From assembly GCA_040007455.1 (NCBI GenBank), contig JBDTVA010000001.1, forward strand, positions 1 to 32,815: a DNA stretch of 32,815 nt, written 5' to 3'. The translations under genes were made by a program, and so were the position numbers. The DNA is from Actinomycetota bacterium. GTDB lineage: Bacteria; Actinomycetota; Thermoleophilia; Gaiellales; Gaiellaceae. Shown one piece after another: positions 10,193 through 16,533 of the stretch (positions within the stretch are counted from its first letter, which is position 1; every line of letters starts with the position of its first letter). The notes under the pieces were generated by a model, which was not told the DNA's origin, made no database searches, and saw nothing but the letters and a program-made list of their open reading frames with translations.

Positions 10193-10453
10193 ATGGCCGA
10201 GTTCAGCTTCGAGGTGGAGCAGGCTGGGTGTGCGTCCTGCGCGGCGCGGGTTCGGGGCGCGCTCGCTCCTCTGCTCGAGATCTCCACCCTGGAGATCGAC
10301 GAGTCGCGCGACGCCGCGGTGATCGTCGCGCGAGCGTCCGAGGAACCGCCGGTCGAGGCGGTCGACGAGTTGCTCGCCGCGGCCTCGGAAGGCGCAGGCC
10401 ACACGTACCGCGTGAGGCCCGGCTCGTGGCGCCTCGCCTCCTCAGAGGGTTGA
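10193..10453 (+). CDS. heavy-metal-associated (HMA) domain protein / metallochaperone-like
   Basis: MAEFSFEVEQAGCASCAARVRGAL contains a CxxC metal-binding loop at the usual HMA position, within a ferredoxin-like length. Alternative in-frame starts are GTG 10163 and ATG 10169. Confidence 0.7.
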   Translation: MAEFSFEVEQAGCASCAARVRGALAPLLEISTLEIDESRDAAVIVARASEEPPVEAVDELLAAASEGAGHTYRVRPGSWRLASSEG

Positions 10454-10471
10454 CGAAGTGGCGGGGCCCGC

Positions 10472-10747
10472 ATGAGAAGGTTCATGCGTTGGTCTCTCGT
10501 GCTTCTGTCGGCTGGCACCTTGGCAGCGGTGGCGGTGGTCCTCCTGAGCAGCACCTGGAACAAGCGTGCGGAGGACATCTGCCGTGACGAGGCGCCTCGG
10601 GCGGGAAGCCGCTCCTCCGTCGCGTGGGAGTGGGGCGAGTTTGCGTACGTCTGCGACTACCGAGCGCCCGATGAGAAGCGAAGACGCGTCGGAATCGTCG
10701 ATGCGTTCCACAGCGGCGGGAGTCAGCGGCATCGGCCCGATCGCTGA
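10472..10747 (+). CDS. hypothetical membrane-anchored small protein
   Basis: N-terminal anchor is WSLVLLSAGTLAAVAVVLLSS, followed by a 60-aa domain with two Cys. GC3 is moderately high, the RBS is weak and no family is recognised. Confidence 0.4.
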   Translation: MRRFMRWSLVLLSAGTLAAVAVVLLSSTWNKRAEDICRDEAPRAGSRSSVAWEWGEFAYVCDYRAPDEKRRRVGIVDAFHSGGSQRHRPDR

Positions 10748-10774
10748 ACGCGACCAAGTCGTTTCGCAAGCCCT

Positions 10775-12586
10775 CTAGCCCGCGTAGAGCGCGGCGATCT
10801 CGGCCGCGAAGTGCTCTTGGCAGACGCGCCGCTTGAGCTTGAGCGTTGCGGTGAGCTCGTCGTCGGCCATCGTGAAGTCGCGCGGGAGGATCGTGAACTT
10901 CTTGATCTGCTCGTAGCGCGAGTGGTCGGCGTTCATGCGCTCGACGATCCCGTCGACGAGCTCGCGAACGTCCGCGTCGCCGGACAGCGCTGCCAGCGAC
11001 AGCTCGCCCTTCAGCCCGCGTGCCTGCGCCCACTTGACGAGCTCCGGCTCGTCGAGCGTGATCAGCGCGATGCAGTACGGGCGCTTGTTCCCGACGACGA
11101 GGGCCTGCGAGACGAACTTCGACGCCTTCAGCTCGTTCTCGAGGTTCTGCGGCGCGACGTTCTTGCCGCCTGCCGTGACGATGATGTCCTTCTTGCGGTC
11201 GGTGATCGTCAGGAAGCCGTCCTCGTCGAGGGCGCCGATGTCGCCCGAGCGGAGCCAGCCGTCCGGCCCGAGGACCTCGCGTGTTGCCTCCTCGTCCTTG
11301 TAGTAGCCGGCGAAGACCGTCGGCGAGGAGATCAGCACCTCGCCGTCCTCGGCGATCCGGAGCTCGGTCCCGGGCAGTGCCGGGCCTACGGTGCCGAAGC
11401 GGAACTTCGAGGGCCGGTTGACGGTCGCCGCAGTCGTGCACTCGGTCAGCCCGTAGCCCTCGAGGATCAGCACGTCGAGCGAGTGAAAGAACTCGGCGAT
11501 CTCCTTCGAGAGTGGCGCGCCGCCCGAGATCCCGATCCGGAAGTTCCCGCCGAGCTGCGCCTTGACCTTCGAGTAGACGAGCCTGTTGGCGAGGCGGTGC
11601 TGCGCGCCGAGCACCGGCCCGAGCGCCTTGCCGGCCGCGCGGCGCTCCGACGTCTTTCGACCGACGCTGAGCGCCCAGTCGACGATCTTCCGCTTCGCGC
11701 CGGTCTCGTCGTCGAATTTCGCAAGCACCGCCGTGTGGACCTTCTCGAACACGCGCGGCACGCTCGGGAACAACGTCGGCCGGACCGCCTTGAGCGCCTC
11801 TCCTGCCCGTAGCGGGTCGGCGAGGAACGCGAGCGTGAACCCGACGTAGGGGCCCTGCAGGTGCATCAGCCGACCGAAGTTGTGCGCGAGCGGCAGGTAG
11901 AGGAGCATCGTGTCGTCCGCCATCGTGAAGTCGTCGATCTCGTCGACGACGGCGGCCATCGCGTAGTAGTTGCGGTGCAGGATCATGCAGGCCTTCGGCG
12001 GCCCGGTCGTCCCCGAGGTGTAGATGTAGGTGAAGACGTCGTCGGGGCTCACGGCGGCGACGACGCGCTCGAGCTCCCCGGGATAGGCGCGTGCGTAGTC
12101 CCGTCCTCGCGCGCGCAGGTCGTCGAGGTCGTCGAACGTCAGGACGTGCTCGAGCCTCGGGTTCCTCGCGCGGTAGTCGTCGAGCTTCGAAAGTTGCACG
12201 GAGTCTTCGACGAGCACGCCGACCGACTCCGAGTGGTCGAGGATGTACTCGCAGTCCTTGGCGGCGCTGTTGGCGTAGATCGCTGCGCCGACGGCGCCGA
12301 CGTGGGCGAGTGCAAAGTCGAAGAGCACCCACTCGAGGCTCGTCTGCCCGAGGATCCCGAACGCGTCTCCCTTCTTGATGCCCAGGGCCAACAGCCCGTT
12401 GGCGAGCTCCTCGACCGCGGTCGCGGCCTCGCCCCACGAGACCGGCTCCCACCCCTCGGCACGCTCGACGAGGTAGGCCGGGCGGCTCCGCCCCTTCGCG
12501 ACCGCGTCCTGCCAGAGCCGCGGGATCGTGGTCGGTTGGGCGCCTTGCGCCTCGGGCAGCGTGTCGGGGGCGACCTGGGTTGCCAT
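10775..12586 (-). CDS. fadD: long-chain fatty acid--CoA ligase (AMP-dependent synthetase, FadD-like)
   Basis: Has the AMP-binding motif YTSGTTGPPKACMILHRNY, then GYGLTE, SGDIG and KLKR near the C-terminus. ATG 12586 (MATQVAPD...) is preferred over the track start at 12619. Confidence 0.9.
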   Translation of the reverse strand: MATQVAPDTLPEAQGAQPTTIPRLWQDAVAKGRSRPAYLVERAEGWEPVSWGEAATAVEELANGLLALGIKKGDAFGILGQTSLEWVLFDFALAHVGAVGAAIYANSAAKDCEYILDHSESVGVLVEDSVQLSKLDDYRARNPRLEHVLTFDDLDDLRARGRDYARAYPGELERVVAAVSPDDVFTYIYTSGTTGPPKACMILHRNYYAMAAVVDEIDDFTMADDTMLLYLPLAHNFGRLMHLQGPYVGFTLAFLADPLRAGEALKAVRPTLFPSVPRVFEKVHTAVLAKFDDETGAKRKIVDWALSVGRKTSERRAAGKALGPVLGAQHRLANRLVYSKVKAQLGGNFRIGISGGAPLSKEIAEFFHSLDVLILEGYGLTECTTAATVNRPSKFRFGTVGPALPGTELRIAEDGEVLISSPTVFAGYYKDEEATREVLGPDGWLRSGDIGALDEDGFLTITDRKKDIIVTAGGKNVAPQNLENELKASKFVSQALVVGNKRPYCIALITLDEPELVKWAQARGLKGELSLAALSGDADVRELVDGIVERMNADHSRYEQIKKFTILPRDFTMADDELTATLKLKRRVCQEHFAAEIAALYAG

Positions 12587-12666
12587 TCGGGATAACTGTA
12601 GACGGAGGAAACCCCCCACCAGGGCCGAACTTTCCCGGTCCGCGATTAGACTTTTGGAGTAGCCCC

Positions 12667-13542
12667 ATGCGCACGATCTGGAACGGATCCATCTCCTTCG
12701 GCCTGGTCAGCATCCCGGTCGGACTGGCCCTGGCCACGAAGCCCGCGGCGCGCCAGAGCGACGTCAGCTTCCGCCAGCTCCACCGCGAGTGCCTGACGCC
12801 GATCAAGCAGAAGCGCTGGTGCCCCACCCACGACCGCGAGGTCGGACCGGACGAGATCGTCCGGGGCTGGGAGGTCGCGAAGGGCGAGTTCGTCGTCGTC
12901 GAGGACGCCGATCTCGAGGCGATCGAGCAGAACGACGACTCCCGCTCGATCGAGATCATGCGCTTCGTTCCCCTCGCCTCGGTCGACCCGATCTACTTCG
13001 ACCGCACCTACTTCCTCGCTCCCGCCAGCGCCGCGGCGCAGCGCCGACCGTACGTGCTGCTGCTCGAGGCGATGAAGGACACAGGGGTGGCGGCGCTCGG
13101 CCGCTTCATCCTGCGTGGCCAGGAGCACTTCTCGCTGATCCGCGCGCGCGGCAACGCGCTCGTGCTCGAGACGCTGTTCGTCGCCGAGGACGTGAACTCG
13201 CAGGCCGAGATCGAAGAGGCGGTCGCCGACACGAAGGTCAAGGACGCCGAGCTCGAGCTCGCGCGGCAGGTGATCGAGAGCCTCGAGGGCGACTTCGACC
13301 CGGAGGAGCTCCAGAGCGAGTACCGGCGCGACCTGCGCGCGATGCTCGAGGTGAAACTCGCCGGCGAGGAGGTCGCGCGGCCGGAGCCCGTCGCCGAGGA
13401 CGCGCCCGTCGTCGACCTGCTGGAGGCGCTCCGGCAGAGCGTCGCCGAGGTCTCGAAGAAGGGCGGGGCGCGCAAAGCCCCCGCGAAGAAGAAGACGGCG
13501 GCCCGCCCGAAGGCGAAGACCGCCACGCGGCGCTCGGCCTAG
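12667..13542 (+). CDS. ku: Ku protein (non-homologous end joining DNA-end-binding protein)
   Basis: The N-terminus MRTIWNGSISFGLVSIPVGLA is the canonical bacterial Ku start. The Ku core is followed by a Lys/Ala-rich basic tail (KKGGARKAPAKKKTAARPKAKTATRR). The RBS GGAG lies 7 nt upstream of ATG 12667. Confidence 0.92.
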   Translation: MRTIWNGSISFGLVSIPVGLALATKPAARQSDVSFRQLHRECLTPIKQKRWCPTHDREVGPDEIVRGWEVAKGEFVVVEDADLEAIEQNDDSRSIEIMRFVPLASVDPIYFDRTYFLAPASAAAQRRPYVLLLEAMKDTGVAALGRFILRGQEHFSLIRARGNALVLETLFVAEDVNSQAEIEEAVADTKVKDAELELARQVIESLEGDFDPEELQSEYRRDLRAMLEVKLAGEEVARPEPVAEDAPVVDLLEALRQSVAEVSKKGGARKAPAKKKTAARPKAKTATRRSA

Positions 13543-13557
13543 CGTCTCCGGGCTCTC

Positions 13558-14481
13558 TCAGCTCGTCATCGCATCCCAAGTTCGGCCGCCGTCGCGCGAG
13601 CCGACGATCCCGCCCTGGTGGACGGCGGCGTAGAGCGTGCGTTCCGTTGCAGCCAGCAGCGCGGCGGGCTGCCCGCCGATCTGGCCGACGCGAGTCCAGC
13701 GGCGGCCTCCGTCGTCGCTGAGGAGCACGTCGCCTGCGCCTGTGACGAGGTAGAGCGCCTTCGGTACGGGCCAGGCGAGCAGTCCGACTCCGTCGCCGAG
13801 TGGTGACCAGCGGGCACCGGAGTCGCGCGAGACGAGCAGACCTTGCTCGGTTGACGCGACGACGTACGTCGGGTTCGTCGGGTTTGGCGCCAGGTCGATC
13901 ACGGGAGGCGGGCGGTGCTCCGTCCACGAGCGGCCCTCGTCGGTGCTGACCATGAGTCGCGCGTTCGTCACGTCGTAGCCGTAGACGTAGCCTCCGACGG
14001 CGCGCAGGACGTGGAAATCGGCCTCACCGAGGAGCGAGATCGAGTCCCAGTCCTCGCCGCGGTCCGTCGACTCGATCAAGCCGAGCAGCGGTGGTTGGCG
14101 AACGTTGTCGGGGTGGCCGGAGCCGAGGAAGCGGTCGGGGCCGAAGACCGTGAAGCCCATCGTGTCCTGGCGACTTTCGCCGACCCTCTCGGGCTCTCGT
14201 GCACCTCGCGGCAGCCGCCAGAGGCCTGTGTGCGTTGCGATGTACAGCGCCTTGTTCGCGGGATTGAGGCCCAGCCCGTGGACGTGAACGAGGCCGGGGT
14301 CTGCCGCGTCGGAGCGACCGCCGTTGTCGGCCCGAAGCCACAAGGCACCGAGGACGACGGTGAGGAGGACCGCAGCGAGTGCCGCAGCCGCGAAGAACCG
14401 GCGCGGCGGTTGCTTCTGCCGCCTCTGCGGGTGTTGCACAGTGCGTGCTCGTGACTTCTTCGTGTTCTTCTTCGCGGTCAT
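13558..14481 (-). CDS. membrane-anchored Asp-box (BNR) beta-propeller protein, glycosylhydrolase-like fold
   Basis: Five S-x-D-x-G-x-x-W Asp-boxes are present: STDRGEDW, STDEGRSW, SRDSGARW, SDDGGRRW and SRDGGRTW. The N-terminus is basic with one TM (FFAAAALAAVLLTVVLGALW). ATG 14481 overlaps the upstream stop as ATGA, suggesting translational coupling. Confidence 0.7.
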   Translation of the reverse strand: MTAKKNTKKSRARTVQHPQRRQKQPPRRFFAAAALAAVLLTVVLGALWLRADNGGRSDAADPGLVHVHGLGLNPANKALYIATHTGLWRLPRGAREPERVGESRQDTMGFTVFGPDRFLGSGHPDNVRQPPLLGLIESTDRGEDWDSISLLGEADFHVLRAVGGYVYGYDVTNARLMVSTDEGRSWTEHRPPPVIDLAPNPTNPTYVVASTEQGLLVSRDSGARWSPLGDGVGLLAWPVPKALYLVTGAGDVLLSDDGGRRWTRVGQIGGQPAALLAATERTLYAAVHQGGIVGSRDGGRTWDAMTS

Positions 14482-15140
14482 CGCAGCGCAGCCCTGGCGT
14501 CGTGCGCAAGGTTCTCCGCGGTCAGGTCGACGCGTGGGTGGAGCGTCGAGATCCAGCGCCCCCGCCTGTCGAAGACACGCACGGACGCAGAGTGCGTATC
14601 GCGGTCTCCCGAGTCGAGGGCCGAGAGGACGAAGAAGGCACGCCAAACCGGTCGCAGCTCGGCCTCGGTTCCCAGCAGGTAGTGCATCCGGCCGAGGACG
14701 CGGTGGGCGCGGAGAAAGGCGCGAATGCTCGCACGTGTGTCGTCGCGCGGGTGCGTGCTGATGGCGACTGCGACAACCGAACCTCGCTCGTCTGGCGGCA
14801 AGAGTCGGAGGGCGTCGCCGATCTGGCCCGCGAGGATCGGGCACGCCGCCCGGCACTTCGTTTCGAGAAAGGTGACCAGGACAGCTCGCCCGCGCAGCTG
14901 CTGGTTCCCGAACGTACGCCCCGTGTAGTCACGAAGACGAAATTCGGGCAACGTGATCGTCCCGGGTGGGACACTGCCGCGGACCTCCCGCGTTGGGTTG
15001 GACGAGGGTCCTGTTCTGCGCGGACAACGACGGCCGCGACGGCCCCGAGCCCGAGGGTCACGGCAGCGACGATGAGCAGAGCTGACCGCTTCCGCTGAAT
15101 GGCAGCAGCCTACCGCCTCGAGCGGGCACGTATCAATCAT
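14478..15140 (-). CDS. SCO1/SenC-like thioredoxin-fold protein (CxxxC); 5' end doubtful, possible frameshift
   Basis: The domain FRLRDYTGRTFGNQQLRGRAVLVTFLETKCRAACP carries the CxxxC motif of SCO-type copper chaperones and thiol-disulfide oxidoreductases. The first ~55 codons from ATG 15140 are Arg-rich and not protein-like. A good signal-anchor is encoded in a different frame (see findings). Confidence 0.65.
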   Translation of the reverse strand: MIDTCPLEAVGCCHSAEAVSSAHRRCRDPRARGRRGRRCPRRTGPSSNPTREVRGSVPPGTITLPEFRLRDYTGRTFGNQQLRGRAVLVTFLETKCRAACPILAGQIGDALRLLPPDERGSVVAVAISTHPRDDTRASIRAFLRAHRVLGRMHYLLGTEAELRPVWRAFFVLSALDSGDRDTHSASVRVFDRRGRWISTLHPRVDLTAENLAHDARAALR

Positions 15141-15153
15141 CGTTAGGATGTTG
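15135..15153. promoter_or_regulatory. candidate ArsR-type operator in an AT-rich patch
   Basis: The imperfect inverted repeat AATCATC-GTTAG-GATGTTG ends 3 nt before the arsR-family GTG, in the only AT-rich stretch of this region. A TANNNT box, TAGGAT at 15144-15149, lies 7 nt before GTG 15156. Confidence 0.3.
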
Positions 15154-15155
15154 TT

Positions 15156-15509
15156 GTGGCAGATGTCTGCGACCTCCTCTGCCTCGACCTACCGCGCGCG
15201 GAAGAGCTGCGAAGAGCGCGTCCGTCGGCAGAGGACGCCCAACTTGCAGCGCGACGGGCGCATGCGCTCGCGGACGCTGCGCGGCTGACGCTCGCGGCGG
15301 CGCTTATGGAGGGCGGCGAGCTATGCGTCTGCGACCTCTCCTGGATCGCGGAGCGCGCGCAGAACCTCGTCTCGCACCACCTACGCGTCCTTCGCGACCA
15401 AGGGCTAGCGGAATCGCGGCGCGACGGAAAGTTCGTCCTCTACTCACTGACGCCCGAAGGGCGCGCGTTGGTCAGAGCCGTACTCCATGACACGGCGGTC
15501 GCGACGTGA
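15156..15509 (+). CDS. ArsR/SmtB-family metalloregulatory transcription repressor
   Basis: Has the ELCVCDL alpha-3 metal-site motif, followed by the winged HTH NLVSHHLRVLRDQGLAESRRDGKFVLYSL. Confidence 0.9.
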   Translation: MADVCDLLCLDLPRAEELRRARPSAEDAQLAARRAHALADAARLTLAAALMEGGELCVCDLSWIAERAQNLVSHHLRVLRDQGLAESRRDGKFVLYSLTPEGRALVRAVLHDTAVAT

Positions 15510-16147
15510 GCGCCGAGCCAGCAGTCTCCGGTCGTCCGGCGCTGTCTTCGTCGGAGCGAGATCGGCTGGTCCGCTGGGCGCGGCTGCTTGCGTGGTCGAG
15601 CCTTGCATGGATGACTGTCGAGGGTGCAGTCGCAATCTTCGCTGGGATCGTGGCCAACAGCATCGCGCTGATTGGCTTCGGGATCGACAGTGCAATCGAG
15701 GGACTCGCGAGTGTCGTGATCATTTGGCGCTTCTGGGGGTCGCGTGCGCTGTCGGAGCTGGCCGAGCGGCGCGCTCAGAAACTTGTCGCAGTCCAGTTCT
15801 TCATTCTTGCCCCATACGTCGGCATTGAGTCGATCCGGGCGCTCGTGAGCGGAGAACACCCTGAAGTGAGCCGGCTCGGGATCGCCCTGACCGCCGTGAG
15901 CCTCGTTCTGATGCCGGTGTTCGGCATCGCGAAGCGGCGCGTCGGCGCTCGCCTCGGGTCTCGTGCGACCGTCGGCGAGGGAATGCAGAACGTCCTCTGT
16001 GCCTACTTGTCCGCCGCTGTGCTGGTCGGGCTCGTCGCGAACGCCGCTGTCGGCTGGTGGTGGGCAGACCCGCTTGCCGGTCTTCTGATCGCATTCGTGG
16101 CAGTCCGCGAGGGGATGGAGAACTGGCGCGGAGAGGACTGCTGCTAA
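15506..16147 (+). CDS. cation diffusion facilitator (CDF)-type cation efflux membrane protein, short form
   Basis: About six TM segments. The CDF-like TM2 is SIALIGFGIDSAIEGLASVV, with Asp/Glu in the helices. The start GTG overlaps the arsR-family stop as GTGA, suggesting coupling. No cytoplasmic C-terminal domain is present. Confidence 0.75.
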   Translation: MSAEPAVSGRPALSSSERDRLVRWARLLAWSSLAWMTVEGAVAIFAGIVANSIALIGFGIDSAIEGLASVVIIWRFWGSRALSELAERRAQKLVAVQFFILAPYVGIESIRALVSGEHPEVSRLGIALTAVSLVLMPVFGIAKRRVGARLGSRATVGEGMQNVLCAYLSAAVLVGLVANAAVGWWWADPLAGLLIAFVAVREGMENWRGEDCC

Positions 16148-16179
16148 ACGCAAAAGAGCTCGCGGTGAGGGGGGACGAG

Positions 16180-16207
16180 CATGGGGGAATCCCGCGATTC
16201 CCCCATG
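16180..16207. terminator. perfect 12-bp hairpin between convergent genes (bidirectional terminator candidate)
   Basis: CATGGGGGAATC-CCGC-GATTCCCCCATG lies 33 nt after the CDF stop and 5 nt after the stop of the minus-strand 56-aa gene. There is no U-tract. Confidence 0.55.
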
Positions 16208-16211
16208 GCTG

Positions 16212-16382
16212 TCAGTGCTGCTGGGGCATCGCTCCCAGCACTTGCAACTGCGCCTGGAAGAGCGTCTTGTCGATCTTCCCCTGGTAGATCGGCACGCCTT
16301 CCTGCAAGCAGACGCGGATCACCTCCTGCCGGTCGATCCCGAGCTCTTTCGACAGCTCCTCGGGCGTGAGGTGATTTGCCAT
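16212..16382 (-). CDS. small (56 aa) helix-turn-helix-like / IF2_N-like domain protein
   Basis: The sequence MANHLTPEELSKELGIDRQEVIRVCLQEGVPIYQGKIDKTLF has very high GC3. The RBS AAGGAG lies 5 nt upstream of ATG 16382. The remaining 286 codons of track ORF 16212..17240 are antisense to the alpha/beta hydrolase gene and were rejected. Confidence 0.7.
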   Translation of the reverse strand: MANHLTPEELSKELGIDRQEVIRVCLQEGVPIYQGKIDKTLFQAQLQVLGAMPQQH

Positions 16383-16412
16383 TCCGCTCCTTTCGCCGGT
16401 GGTTCCAGGTAC

Positions 16413-16447
16413 AAAAAACCCCGCCTCGCGCAGGCGCGCGGACGGGG
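16413..16447 (-). terminator. canonical intrinsic terminator inside the 5' leader of the 56-aa gene
   Basis: The minus strand reads CCCCGTCCGCGCGCCTGCGCGAGGCGGGG followed by TTTTTT. The stem has 7 bp, one bulged base, then 5 bp, with a 4-nt loop. It lies 30 nt upstream of the start codon in a divergent intergenic region. Confidence 0.65.
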
Positions 16448-16533
16448 CTAGAAGTTCCTCTTGGACGGGGCAGGCATTTACCGCGCGCCTGCTTTCCGTG
16501 AACTGCTCATTGCGTACAGGATAGACGGCCAGC

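Noticed and set aside
14522-15061. A 179-aa ORF (MTLGLGAVAAVVV...) as an independent gene overlapping the SCO-like gene.
   Set aside because: Only its first ~20 codons look protein-like (a hydrophobic anchor). The rest is Ser/Arg/Pro-rich and off-frame to the clear thioredoxin-fold domain. It is better explained as the displaced N-terminus of the SCO-like gene (see the frameshift finding).
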